Shown one piece after another: positions 48,738 to 57,719 of a stretch of DNA of 64,000 bases. The notes beneath the pieces are model-generated. The model was not told the origin of the DNA. It was given only the letters and a program-made list of their open reading frames with translations, and ran no database searches. The translations under genes were made by a program, and so were the position numbers. How positions within the stretch are numbered: the first letter of the stretch is position 1; every line of letters begins with the position of its first letter. Location: positions 13,995 to 77,994 of the forward strand of contig CAVPES010000052.1 of assembly GCA_963703545.1 (NCBI GenBank), in the 5' to 3' direction. This DNA comes from an uncultured Actinomycetota bacterium. Lineage in GTDB: Bacteria; Actinomycetota; Actinomycetes; Actinomycetales; Microbacteriaceae.

Positions 48738-49240
48738 GCTGGGTGCTGCGCATCGCGACCGGGGACGACCTCGCCGCGATCATGACGATCGAGACGTCGA
48801 CCTTCGGCAACGAGGCGTGGGCGCCCGAGACCATGGTCGCCGAACTCGGCTCCGCGCACACCCGGTATCTGGTCGTCACGCCCGTCGGCGACCCGGCCCG
48901 CATTGTCGCCTACGGCGGCGTGCTGGCGCCGGTCGGCGCCGCAGAGGCGGACATCCAGACCATCGCTGTCGCCGGGGAAGCCCGGCGCGGGGGCATCGGG
49001 CGCGCACTGATGCTGCGACTGACCGAAGAGGCGAGACTGCGCGGCGCCCGGGAGGTGTTCCTCGAGGTGCGGGCCGACAACGACGCGGCCAAGGCGCTGT
49101 ACCAGAGTCTGGGCTATGCGGAGATCGGCATCCGCAGGCAGTACTACCAGCCCGATGGTGTCGATGCGATCGTGATGCGCGCCCCGATCGCGGCACCCGA
49201 GGCGGCGCTGACCGCAGCGACGGAGGCGGAGCGTGGCTGA
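48734..49240 (+). CDS. rimI: Ribosomal-protein-alanine N-acetyltransferase (GNAT)
   Basis: [23 protein letters not shown]...[18 protein letters not shown]. Position between tsaB and tsaD. Confidence 0.88.
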   Translation: MSWVLRIATGDDLAAIMTIETSTFGNEAWAPETMVAELGSAHTRYLVVTPVGDPARIVAYGGVLAPVGAAEADIQTIAVAGEARRGGIGRALMLRLTEEARLRGAREVFLEVRADNDAAKALYQSLGYAEIGIRRQYYQPDGVDAIVMRAPIAAPEAALTAATEAERG

Positions 49241-50300
49241 GCCACTGATCATCGGCATCGAGACATCGTGCGACGAGACAGGCGTCGGGATCGTCCGCGG
49301 CAGCACCGTGCTGGCCAACGTGATCGCCTCGTCGATGCAGGAGCACGCGCGTTTCGGCGGCGTGGTCCCCGAGATCGCCGCGCGCGCGCACCTCGAGGCG
49401 ATGACGCCCACGATCATGAGCGCGCTCGCCGAGGCGGGGGTGACGATCGACCAGGTCGACGCCGTGGCAGTGACGGCCGGCCCGGGCCTCGCCGGGGCCC
49501 TCATGGTCGGCATCGGCGCCGCCAAGGGGCTCGCGATCGCTGCCGGCAAGCCGATTTATGCGGTCAACCACCTGGTCGGCCACGTCGGCGCCGATCTGCT
49601 GCATCAGCCGGGTGTCCCCGCCCAGGAGCTCGAGTACCCGTTGATCGCCCTGCTGGTCTCGGGGGGGCACACCTCGCTGTTGCTGGTGCGCGACCTGATC
49701 GACGATGTGGAACTGCTGGGGGAGACGATCGACGATGCGGCCGGGGAGGCCTTCGACAAGGTCGCCCGCCTGCTGGGTCTGCCGTATCCCGGCGGACCCG
49801 AGATCGACCGGGCCGCCTCGACGGGGAATGCCGGAGCGATTCGGTTCCCGCGCGGACTCAGCCTGCCCAAGGACATGGCAGAGCACCGGTACGACTTCAG
49901 TTTCTCGGGGCTGAAGACCTCGGTCGCGCGCTGGGTCGAGCAGCGCCAGGACGCGGGCGAGGAAGTCCCGACCGCCGACGTGGCGGCGAGTTTCCGGGAG
50001 GCGGTCGCCGACGTGCTGACCGCCAAGGCGATCGCGGCGTGCCGGGACCACGGGATCCCGCGCCTGCTGCTTGGCGGCGGGGTCGCCGCCAATGCCAGAA
50101 TCCGCCGGCTCGCCGCCGAGCGCGCCGCCGCCGCGGGGGTGACGCTGCGGATCCCACCGCTGAGTCTCTGCACCGACAACGGCGCCATGATCGCCTCGGT
50201 CGCCGCCCAGCTGGTCGCCGCCGGTCGCGCCCCCTCCGACCTCGACTTCGCTGCCGACTCGACCCTCCCCTCCACCCAGCCCTACCTCCCCCCCACCTGA
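49233..50300 (+). CDS. tsaD: tRNA N6-adenosine threonylcarbamoyltransferase
   Basis: [16 protein letters not shown]...[14 protein letters not shown]...[11 protein letters not shown]...[12 protein letters not shown]. Confidence 0.96.
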   Translation: MAEPLIIGIETSCDETGVGIVRGSTVLANVIASSMQEHARFGGVVPEIAARAHLEAMTPTIMSALAEAGVTIDQVDAVAVTAGPGLAGALMVGIGAAKGLAIAAGKPIYAVNHLVGHVGADLLHQPGVPAQELEYPLIALLVSGGHTSLLLVRDLIDDVELLGETIDDAAGEAFDKVARLLGLPYPGGPEIDRAASTGNAGAIRFPRGLSLPKDMAEHRYDFSFSGLKTSVARWVEQRQDAGEEVPTADVAASFREAVADVLTAKAIAACRDHGIPRLLLGGGVAANARIRRLAAERAAAAGVTLRIPPLSLCTDNGAMIASVAAQLVAAGRAPSDLDFAADSTLPSTQPYLPPT

Positions 50301-50375
50301 GTTGCGGACTCTTGTTGTCAGGGACGCCGTTCGCAGGCTCGAAATGCCCCGAAGTCCGCAACTCAGGTGGCGGAA
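50288..50375. repeat. Palindromic intergenic repeat element, copy 2 (18-bp perfect arms, 23 bp with one mismatch); the left arm contains the tsaD stop codon
   Basis: CCACCTGAGTTGCGGACT (50293-50310) is the exact reverse complement of AGTCCGCAACTCAGGTGG (50353-50370). It shares the CCACCTGAGTTGCG core with copy 1 at 20461-20550. Confidence 0.75.
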
Positions 50376-50393
50376 CGGGGGGTGGTGGGGTGC

Positions 50394-50469
50394 TTGACAG
50401 TCGCTTCGGCGCGGTGCGAGCATGAGGGAACCTGTGCTTCCGCAGGTGCAGATCACAGGAGTCGCCACC
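50394..50469 (+). promoter_or_regulatory. Conserved promoter and 5' leader of DUF4190 gene 1 (TTGACA-18-GAGCAT, then a structured leader)
   Basis: TTGACA at 50394-50399 and GAGCAT at 50418-50423. 50408-50464 is identical to 50908-50964. The SD AGGAG lies at 50457-50461. Confidence 0.45.
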
Positions 50470-50847
50470 ATGTCTGATCCCGTTGTTCCGCCCACGCCTC
50501 CCGCATACGCTCCGCCGACGGCCGCGACTACGCCGCCCCTTTATGTGCCGCCTGCATATGCACCGCCGACTGGCGCAGTCTCAACTCCACCGGCATTCGG
50601 CCCGCCGACCAATTCGCTGGCGATCGTGGCCATCATCCTCGGATTTCTGGTGCCCCTCGGCGGCATCATTTGTGGTCACATCGCACTGGGCCAGATCAAG
50701 CGCACCGGTGAGGGCGGGCGCGGCCTTGCCCTGACCGGGCTGATCGTCGGATACGTGTTCACGGCATTCGTGGTTCTCTACTTCGTGGTCATCATCGGCA
50801 TCGTGATCGCAGCGGGCGCCGCCTCAACGTATGGCGGCGGTTACTAG
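50470..50847 (+). CDS. DUF4190 family small membrane protein, paralog 1
   Basis: A Pro-rich N-terminus, then AIVAIILGFLVPLGGIICGHIALGQIKRTGEGGRGLALTGLIVGY, the typical DUF4190 signature. ATG at 50470 follows AGGAG. Confidence 0.75.
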   Translation: MSDPVVPPTPPAYAPPTAATTPPLYVPPAYAPPTGAVSTPPAFGPPTNSLAIVAIILGFLVPLGGIICGHIALGQIKRTGEGGRGLALTGLIVGYVFTAFVVLYFVVIIGIVIAAGAASTYGGGY

Positions 50848-50893
50848 GAGCTCGGTGCCCCGGCCCGGCTCGGGCAACGGGGTGGTGGAGTGG

Positions 50894-50969
50894 TTGACAG
50901 TCGCTCGGGCGCGGTGCGAGCATGAGGGAACCTGTGCTTCCGCAGGTGCAGATCACAGGAGTCGTCGCC
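50894..50969 (+). promoter_or_regulatory. Conserved promoter and 5' leader of DUF4190 gene 2 (duplicate of 50394-50469)
   Basis: Same TTGACA and GAGCAT boxes and the same leader, offset by exactly 500 nt. Confidence 0.45.
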
Positions 50970-51329
50970 ATGTCCGATCCCACAGTTCCGGCCGCATCTG
51001 AGCCCGCAGCGCCTCCTGCCCCGACGGCACCGCCGACCCCGCCGCCGGCGTACGCGCCACCCACGGCCTACACCGTGCCACCCGCGCCCGCGATGAACGG
51101 GATGGCGATCGCCTCCTTCGTCACCTCGCTGGTTCTGCACCCCGGCGTTGTCGCGGTCATTCTCGGGCACATCGCGATGAGCCAGATCAAGAAGCGCGGG
51201 GGAGGTGGCAAGGGCTTCGCGATCGCCGGCCTGATCATCGGCTACGTGTCGATCGCTATTGCGATCGTGCTCCTCGTCGCCTGGATCATCGCCGCCGTCA
51301 CGCTGGGAGCGTATTCCACGTATTCGTAG
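50970..51329 (+). CDS. DUF4190 family small membrane protein, paralog 2
   Basis: VAVILGHIAMSQIKKRGGGGKGFAIAGLIIGY, with a Pro/Ala-rich N-terminus. Confidence 0.75.
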   Translation: MSDPTVPAASEPAAPPAPTAPPTPPPAYAPPTAYTVPPAPAMNGMAIASFVTSLVLHPGVVAVILGHIAMSQIKKRGGGGKGFAIAGLIIGYVSIAIAIVLLVAWIIAAVTLGAYSTYS

Positions 51330-51363
51330 CGATTGCGATTGACAGCCCGGGCCGTCTCATCTT

Positions 51364-52557
51364 TCACGCTTCCGGGCGTCTGGCGAGGACGGCTTTCCGA
51401 ATGCCGGCGACACGCGTCAGGATCAGGGTCGCAGAGTTGTCGCCGGACAGGTTGAGCTTCTTGCGGAATGCGGCGGGGTCGATGTCGACGCCGCGTTTCT
51501 TGATCTCGAGCACGCCGATGCCGCGGGCGCGGAGTTCCTTCCGGAGCGAGCCGACATCGAGCGGGAACACCTCCTCGACGGCAAACCGCTGGGCGAACGG
51601 GGTGTCGACTGCGGACTCGGATGTCATCCAGGCGATGCCGGCACTGACCATGCGCGCATCGAGGGAGCGGGCGAGCTTCCCGATCAGGCGAGCTCGGATC
51701 ACGGCTCCATCGGGCTCATAGAGCCACCGCCCCAGCTCGCCAACGTCGGCATCCTCGGTGTCGCCCGCCGCCGTCAGTTCATGAGTGCCGGCGCTGCCGA
51801 TCACCAGTGCGGAGCGCAGGATGCCTGCACGGGCGAGCGGCCCCGACCAGAGGCCCATCTCGACGACGTCGCCATCGACCGAGACCCATTGGGCCTCGAC
51901 GTCCGCGGGAATCAGCTCGCGCTGCAGGCCGGGACCGAGTTTGATGCCCGCCGGCATCCTGGCGGCCAGGTCGATGGCGAATGCGAGGCTGGGTGAGTAC
52001 TCGGCCGGATCGGTGATCCGGGTGGTGGCGCCGTGACCGGGTGTGCGCCGGGCAGGGTCGAGGAACACCCCGTCGACCTCGTCGAGGCTGACCTCTGTCG
52101 CGTCCGCATGCACGACGGTGGCGTTCGGAAAAGCGGCGAGGTTGTAGCTGGCGATCGCCGCGGTCACCTCGTCGCGCTCCACGGCGGTCACCCTGAGGCC
52201 GATAGCCGCCATCGCCAGGGCGTCGGCACCGATGCCGCAGCCGAGGTCGGCTACCCGCTCGATGCCGGCAGCGCGAAAGCGCCCCGCGTGCAGGGCGGCG
52301 ACGGACAGCCGCGTCGCCTGCTCGAGGCCCGCCTCGGTGTAGAGCAGCTGGGTCGCGAATTCGCCGAACTTCGCGGCGGCCCGGGCTCGCAGCTTCGACT
52401 GGCTGAGCACCGCGGCGACCAGTACCGGCGAGTGTCCGGCCTGACGAAGCTCGGTCACCGAGCGCACGATGTCCGCCGTGGCCTGATACGGAGCAAGGCC
52501 ATCCAGCAGGCGCAGGCCCTCGGGGCTCAGCAACTGCAGCAGCTCGGCGCGTTCCAC
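51364..52557 (-). CDS. Class I SAM-dependent methyltransferase with a THUMP-like C-terminal region
   Basis: [28 protein letters not shown] is a SAM-binding motif I. 397-aa ORF with GTG start at 52557. Confidence 0.7.
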   Translation of the reverse strand: MERAELLQLLSPEGLRLLDGLAPYQATADIVRSVTELRQAGHSPVLVAAVLSQSKLRARAAAKFGEFATQLLYTEAGLEQATRLSVAALHAGRFRAAGIERVADLGCGIGADALAMAAIGLRVTAVERDEVTAAIASYNLAAFPNATVVHADATEVSLDEVDGVFLDPARRTPGHGATTRITDPAEYSPSLAFAIDLAARMPAGIKLGPGLQRELIPADVEAQWVSVDGDVVEMGLWSGPLARAGILRSALVIGSAGTHELTAAGDTEDADVGELGRWLYEPDGAVIRARLIGKLARSLDARMVSAGIAWMTSESAVDTPFAQRFAVEEVFPLDVGSLRKELRARGIGVLEIKKRGVDIDPAAFRKKLNLSGDNSATLILTRVAGIRKAVLARRPEA

Positions 52558-52586
52558 GGGATAACGCTATCGCCCGCCGACCGGGA

Positions 52587-52613
52587 CTGGCACTCGGATT
52601 GCGAGAGTGCCAG
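52587..52613 (+). promoter_or_regulatory. CIRCE (HrcA operator) element 1 upstream of groES
   Basis: CTGGCACTC-N9-GAGTGCCAG matches the CIRCE consensus TTAGCACTC-N9-GAGTGCTAA. Confidence 0.8.
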
Positions 52614-52627
52614 CCGCAGACTACAGT
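52599..52627 (+). promoter_or_regulatory. Candidate groES promoter (TTGCGA-17-TACAGT) embedded between the CIRCE elements
   Basis: TTGCGA at 52599-52604 lies inside the CIRCE-1 spacer. TACAGT at 52622-52627 lies just before CIRCE-2. Confidence 0.5.
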
Positions 52628-52631
52628 TGAT

Positions 52632-52658
52632 CTGGCACTCTCCGGGTGAGTGTGCCAA
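52632..52658 (+). promoter_or_regulatory. CIRCE (HrcA operator) element 2
   Basis: CTGGCACTC-N9-GTGTGCCAA, with one mismatch in the right arm. Confidence 0.75.
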
Positions 52659-52695
52659 CTCAGTTTTCAGAAAATCACGAAGGAAGAGGTCAACC

Positions 52696-52992
52696 GTGTC
52701 GGTCTCCATCAAGCCGCTCGAGGATCGCATCGTCATCAGGCAGGTCGAAGCAGAGCAGACCACTGCGTCCGGCCTGGTCATCCCAGACACCGCCAAGGAG
52801 AAGCCGCAGGAGGGCGAGGTCGTGGCCGTCGGACCCGGTCGCATCGATGACAACGGGAACCGCGTTCCCCTGGACATCGCCGTCGGCGACAAGGTCATCT
52901 ACTCCAAGTACGGCGGCACCGAGGTCAAGTACGGCGGCGAGGATCTGCTGGTCCTCTCAGCCCGGGACGTGCTCGCAATCGTCGTTCGCTGA
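52696..52992 (+). CDS. groES: Co-chaperonin GroES
   Basis: GTG at 52696 follows [68 protein letters not shown]...[26 protein letters not shown]. Confidence 0.96.
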   Translation: MSVSIKPLEDRIVIRQVEAEQTTASGLVIPDTAKEKPQEGEVVAVGPGRIDDNGNRVPLDIAVGDKVIYSKYGGTEVKYGGEDLLVLSARDVLAIVVR

Positions 52993-53031
52993 GCATCCCC
53001 GACTGATCGGCTCCGTGCCGGATCCGTCAGC

Positions 53032-53071
53032 GCAGGAAGTCCCCGCTGTCATGGCGGGGACTTCCTGCTTT
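53032..53071 (+). terminator. Rho-independent terminator after groES
   Basis: GCAGGAAGTCCCCGC-7 nt-GCGGGGACTTCCTGC, followed by TTT. Confidence 0.75.
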
Positions 53072-53094
53072 GCCACCTCGACTAGGCTGGACGG

Positions 53095-54030
53095 GTGATC
53101 GAGACTAGCGCCGCCCAGGCGGCTGCCAGTACCCGTCGCGGCTATCTCTATGCAATCAGCGCCTATGGGCTCTGGGGGCTGCTTCCGCTCTACTTTCTGG
53201 CGCTCGCCCCGACCAGCCCCTTCGAGGTTGTGCCATGGCGAATCCTCTTGTCGCTGGTCTTCTGTGCGCTGCTGATCACGGTCACCCGCCGCTGGCGAGA
53301 CTTCGTCGCCATTCTCCGCCAGCCTCGACTGGTCGGCACCATGGCACTCGCCGGAGTCCTGATCTACATCAACTGGCAGGTGTTCCTGTACGGAACACTG
53401 ACCGGCCATGTCATCGAGACGTCTCTGGGGTACTTCATCAACCCCATCGTCACCGTCTTTCTCGGGGTCTTCTTCCTGCGGGAACGGTTGCGCCCGGCAC
53501 AGTGGGTTGCGGTCGGCATCAGTTTGATCGCTGTTGCCGTGCTGGCCATCGGCTACGGCTCGCTGCCCTGGATCGCCCTCGCCCTCGCCCTGTCATTCGC
53601 TTTATACGGGCTGATCAAGAAAACGGTGGGGAACCGGATCGACGCGGTCACCGGGCTCACCCTTGAGACTGCCTGGCTCACCCCCGTGGCTGTGGTTCAA
53701 CTGGTCATCGTGGCCGGCATCGGCGGCATCACCTTCGGCTCGGTCAGCACCGCACACACGGTGCTGCTGCTTGCGGCGGGGATCATCACCGCGGTGCCCC
53801 TGCTGCTTTTCGCCGGTGCCGCCTCCCGCCTGCCACTGATCGCTCTGGGCTTCGTGCAGTTCCTTGCGCCGGTCATGCAATTCCTCGTGGGAGTCCTGGT
53901 CGCACACGAACCCATGCCGCCAGAACGCCTTGCCGGGTTCGCACTGGTCTGGTGCGCGCTCGTCGTGCTCAGCGCCGACGGACTCATCGCAGGCAAGCGC
54001 GGCCGAATCCAGCCTGTCGAGCCGATCTGA
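53095..54030 (+). CDS. rarD: EamA/RarD family transporter
   Basis: RRGYLYAISAYGLWGLLPLYF...LETSLGYFINPIVTVFLGVFFLRERL is the typical RarD signature. About 10 TM. Confidence 0.85.
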   Translation: MIETSAAQAAASTRRGYLYAISAYGLWGLLPLYFLALAPTSPFEVVPWRILLSLVFCALLITVTRRWRDFVAILRQPRLVGTMALAGVLIYINWQVFLYGTLTGHVIETSLGYFINPIVTVFLGVFFLRERLRPAQWVAVGISLIAVAVLAIGYGSLPWIALALALSFALYGLIKKTVGNRIDAVTGLTLETAWLTPVAVVQLVIVAGIGGITFGSVSTAHTVLLLAAGIITAVPLLLFAGAASRLPLIALGFVQFLAPVMQFLVGVLVAHEPMPPERLAGFALVWCALVVLSADGLIAGKRGRIQPVEPI

Positions 54031-54135
54031 GCCGGTGCCGGCGTCGGCGGGGCATTGCACCGACCGCACCGCAGTGGCATTAGAGTCGGACTCGCGCCGG
54101 ACACGGCGTGCGGGCGATGACGGAAAGGGGAAGAG

Positions 54136-55395
54136 ATGACTCTTCGCCGAACGATCGGTGGTGCGTTGATGGCAGCGCTCGTCGCCGCCGTCCTGGTGGC
54201 CTGTGCGGTGCCCGGCCCCGGTCCGACTCCGACGCCGACGCCGACGCGGACTCCGCCTGCGGCAAGCGGTGACGGGGTCCTCCGCATCGGCACGCTTTTC
54301 GCGCTGACGGGCGATGGTGCCGCCTCGGGCCGCGCGCTCGTCGCCGGGGTCGAGTTGGCCGCGCGCGAACTCAATGACGCCGGTGGCGTTGCCGGGCAGC
54401 CGGTGCTGACCTACCATCGCAACGTCGCCGGCGCGGATGCCGCCGCGGCAACGGCGGCTTTCGCCCAACTTGTCGCCAAGAACGTCGACGTTGTGATCGG
54501 CCCGGACTCGCTCGACCTGGTCCAGGCGATCCTTCCTGCCGCGATGGAGGCCCAGATCGCGCTGATAGTGCCGACGCTCAGCGACCCCGCGCTGTCCGAG
54601 CTCGAAGACGACGGTCTCGTAGCACGAACGATCCCCAGTGCGGCTCTGCAGGGTGCGAGTCTGGCTGCGCTGGCCGGGGACAAGCGCGACGTCGCCTTCA
54701 TCGGCACGGATGATCCGGCCTCTATCGCCATCGAAGCCCAGCTGAGTGCGATGGTTGCAGCCCGGGGCGGGAGCACGGCGATCAGCGAGACAGTGTCTCC
54801 GGCGACTGTCGACTTACGAACTCTTGCCGGCGACGTTGCGGACGCGAAGCCGGACTCCGTCGTGCTGTCGCTGCCCGCGGGAAAGGCGACTGCCGATCTT
54901 GTGGCGGCCCTCGACAAAGCGGGCATTGACGCCGGCGACATTCTGCTGACGACCTCGGCTCTTGGCGACTATTCGACTCTGGCGCCGAACGGAACCTTCG
55001 CCGGCGTCCGCGGAGTCATCGCCGAGAGCCAGGCGGGGGACTCTTTCACCACTCGGCTGTTCGAGGCCGATCCGACCATCTCGAGCCCCGATCGCGCGGC
55101 CGAGGCCTACGACGCTGTGATCGCCGCAGCCATTGCGGCAACCCTCGCGGGCGATGAGTCCGGAGTGTCGATCGCCTTCTACCTGCCGCAGGCTACTGGC
55201 GGCGGAATCCCGTGCGGCAGCTGGGCTGAATGCCTCGATGTGCGCAGCCACGAGCCGGACATCGATTACGACGGAGTCTCCAGTGCGCTGGCGATCGACG
55301 AAAACGGGGATGTCGCCGCGGCACGCTATCGGATCGTCGAATTCAGTGGCGCCGGCACGTACCAGCCGAGCGGGACGCAACAAATCACCGGGTAG
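54136..55395 (+). CDS. ABC transporter substrate-binding lipoprotein (LivK/type-1 periplasmic binding fold), paralog 1
   Basis: Signal peptide with lipobox LVAC, a PGPGPTPTPTPT linker, then LRIGTLFALTGDGAASG...ELNDAGGVAGQPV. Confidence 0.8.
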   Translation: MTLRRTIGGALMAALVAAVLVACAVPGPGPTPTPTPTRTPPAASGDGVLRIGTLFALTGDGAASGRALVAGVELAARELNDAGGVAGQPVLTYHRNVAGADAAAATAAFAQLVAKNVDVVIGPDSLDLVQAILPAAMEAQIALIVPTLSDPALSELEDDGLVARTIPSAALQGASLAALAGDKRDVAFIGTDDPASIAIEAQLSAMVAARGGSTAISETVSPATVDLRTLAGDVADAKPDSVVLSLPAGKATADLVAALDKAGIDAGDILLTTSALGDYSTLAPNGTFAGVRGVIAESQAGDSFTTRLFEADPTISSPDRAAEAYDAVIAAAIAATLAGDESGVSIAFYLPQATGGGIPCGSWAECLDVRSHEPDIDYDGVSSALAIDENGDVAAARYRIVEFSGAGTYQPSGTQQITG

Positions 55396-55562
55396 ACCGC
55401 GGAATCCGCAGGATCCGCGCGCAGCTTTGTAACAATTCGTACCGTGTTACGCGCATTTAACACAGATGAATTGTCCTCACTCCTTTCGAGTAATACCGTT
55501 GCAGGAACGCCGCGACAATCTTCGTGGCATTTTCCTGCACACATTCATATTGAGGAGCAAGA

Positions 55563-56813
55563 ATGAGCGCTTATTCGACACGCTCAAGGTCACTCAAGAC
55601 AGCGGTCACTGGCATTGCCACGCTCGCTGCCGCAGCGCTGGTCCTGACGGGCTGTGCGCCAACCACGCCCGAAGCAACGGCTGAGGACCTGACCCTGAAG
55701 ATTGGTACGGCACTGCCGCAGACCGGTAACCTCGCGTTCCTCGGTCCTCCCGAGGAAGCCGGTGTGGCATACGCGGTCAACGAGATCAACGAAGCTGCCA
55801 AGGGCATCACGATCGACGTAGTGCTCGGTGACTCCGGTGACACGGACAACAAGGCCTACGAGACCGAGATCCCGCGACTGCTCGGTGAGGGTGTCTCGGC
55901 GATCATCGGCGCTGCTTCCTCCGGTACCTCGCTGCAGTTCATCGACCAGGTTGTCGGCGAAGGCGTCATCCAGTTCTCGCCGGCCAACACCTCAGCGGAA
56001 TTCACGACCTACGATGACAACGGCCTCTACTGGCGCACCGCACCCTCGGATGTTCTCCAGGGTGAGGTGCTCGGCAACCTTATCGCCGAGGAGGGCCACG
56101 AGACGCTGGGCATGATCGTGCTGAACGACTCCTACGGCACCGGCCTCGCCGGATTCACCAAGGAGGCCTTCGAGGCCGCCGGTGGAACCGTCGTCGCGGA
56201 GCCGCTGTACAACACGGGTGACACCTCGTTCGACGCTCAGATCAGCGAGGTCCTCGCTGCTGACCCGGACGCGATCGCGCTGATCACCTTCGAAGAAGTG
56301 AAGACCATCATCCCCGATCTGGTCAGCCAGTTCCCGGCAGAGAACCTCTACTTCGTTGACGGCAACCTCGCCAACTTCGGTGACCTGTTCCCCGCTGGCA
56401 CCCTCACCGGTGCCAAGGGGACGCTGCCCGGACTCAGCATCGATACGATCTCGGACTTCACCGGCAAGGTCAAGGCGTTCTGGGAGGGCGAGGGCAACCC
56501 CGAGCTCACCGAGTTCAGCTACGCGGCGGAGTCCTATGACGCGGTGGTTCTGCTGGCCCTGGCTTCGCTGGCCGCCGGCTCCACCGATGGGGTGGATGTC
56601 GCTGCCAAGCTGCAGGAGGTCTCCGGTGGTTCGGGCGACGGCGAGAAGTGCACCACCTTCGCCGAGTGCGCCGACATCATCATCGGTGGTGGAGTCGCCG
56701 ACTACGACGGCATCTCCGGTCCCATCACCTTCAACGAGGCGGGTGACCCGACGGAAGCGTCGATCGGCATCTACCAGTACGGTGAGGACAACAACTACGC
56801 TGCTGCCGAGTAA
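55563..56813 (+). CDS. ABC transporter substrate-binding lipoprotein (LivK-like), paralog 2
   Basis: Lipobox LTGC, then LKIGTALPQTGNLAFLGPPEEAGVAYAVNEINEAAKG. The C-terminal CTTFAECADII...DYDGISGPITFNEAGDP parallels paralog 1. Confidence 0.85.
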   Translation: MSAYSTRSRSLKTAVTGIATLAAAALVLTGCAPTTPEATAEDLTLKIGTALPQTGNLAFLGPPEEAGVAYAVNEINEAAKGITIDVVLGDSGDTDNKAYETEIPRLLGEGVSAIIGAASSGTSLQFIDQVVGEGVIQFSPANTSAEFTTYDDNGLYWRTAPSDVLQGEVLGNLIAEEGHETLGMIVLNDSYGTGLAGFTKEAFEAAGGTVVAEPLYNTGDTSFDAQISEVLAADPDAIALITFEEVKTIIPDLVSQFPAENLYFVDGNLANFGDLFPAGTLTGAKGTLPGLSIDTISDFTGKVKAFWEGEGNPELTEFSYAAESYDAVVLLALASLAAGSTDGVDVAAKLQEVSGGSGDGEKCTTFAECADIIIGGGVADYDGISGPITFNEAGDPTEASIGIYQYGEDNNYAAAE

Positions 56814-56820
56814 GCACTAG

Positions 56821-56860
56821 CACACGGAGGGCCCGGGCATCAGCCCGGGCCCTCCGTGTG
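56821..56860 (+). terminator. Stem-loop terminator after the second binding-protein gene
   Basis: CACACGGAGGGCCCGGGC-ATCA-GCCCGGGCCCTCCGTGTG, an 18-bp perfect stem. Confidence 0.7.
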
Positions 56861-56862
56861 CC

Positions 56863-56936
56863 GCCGCCATGCGCTCTTGTGCGACCCATGCTGCGTGGCG
56901 CACTGGCGCATGGGTCGCACAAGAGCGCATGGCGGC
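56863..56936. repeat. 29-bp perfect inverted repeat (second hairpin in the convergent intergenic region)
   Basis: GCCGCCATGCGCTCTTGTGCGACCCATGC (56863-56891) pairs perfectly with 56908-56936. The loop is 16 nt. Confidence 0.7.
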
Positions 56937-56960
56937 ACCGAGGCCGCCGGGGCACGGGGC

Positions 56961-57719
56961 CTACGCCCCGAGCGTACCGAGATAGAGGCCGATCACCTTC
57001 GGGTCATTCAGCAACTCTCGCCCGGTGCCGGTGTAGGCGTCCCGACCCTGATCGAGCACATAGCCGCGGTCGCAGATCTGCAGGCAGCGGCGGGCATTCT
57101 GTTCGACCATGATGGTCGTGACGCCCGCCTTGTTGATCTCGGATACCCGCAGGAATGCCTCGTCCTGTCGGACCGGCGATAGGCCCGCCGACGGCTCGTC
57201 GAGCAGAAGCACGTGCGGATCCATCATCAAGGCGCGGGACATCGCGACCATCTGGCGCTCGCCACCGGAGAGTGAACCCGCGCGCTGCTTGAGGCGCGTG
57301 CCCAGTTCGGTGAAGATGCTCGTGACGAACTCAAGGCGCTCCGGGTATTTCTTCGGTTGTTGAAAGAGCCCCATCTGGAGGTTCTCTTCGATCGTCAGAC
57401 TGGGGAAGACGTTGTTGTTCTGCGGCACGAAACCGACGCCTCGGGCGACGAGCCGGTCGGCCTGCAATCCTGTGATGTCCTCACCGTTGAGCACGATCGC
57501 ACCACCGCGGATCTTGACCTGGCCGAAGATCGCCTTGAGCAGTGTCGACTTCCCGGCGCCGTTCGGGCCGATGATGCCGATGAGTTCGCCTTTGGCCGCC
57601 GTCAGGTTCGCGCTCTCGAGGATGTTGACGCCGGGCAGGTAGCCGGCGATCAGATTCCGGACCTCAACGACGAGTCGCGTTCCCGTTTCAGCCGTGGCCG
57701 TGCCTGCGGTATCCGTCAT
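56961..57719 (-). CDS. livF: Branched-chain amino acid-type ABC transporter ATP-binding protein (LivF-like)
   Basis: GIIGPNGAGKSTLLKAIFG...LSGGERQMVAMSRAL...LLLDEPSAGLSP...YLG. Last gene of the minus-strand operon. Confidence 0.88.
   Translation of the reverse strand: MTDTAGTATAETGTRLVVEVRNLIAGYLPGVNILESANLTAAKGELIGIIGPNGAGKSTLLKAIFGQVKIRGGAIVLNGEDITGLQADRLVARGVGFVPQNNNVFPSLTIEENLQMGLFQQPKKYPERLEFVTSIFTELGTRLKQRAGSLSGGERQMVAMSRALMMDPHVLLLDEPSAGLSPVRQDEAFLRVSEINKAGVTTIMVEQNARRCLQICDRGYVLDQGRDAYTGTGRELLNDPKVIGLYLGTLGA

Noticed and set aside
52033-52695. The 5' two-thirds of the 319-aa ORF 52033..52992
   Set aside because: Only the last 98 codons (from GTG 52696) are GroES. The upstream part runs antisense through the methyltransferase gene and across the CIRCE and promoter region.
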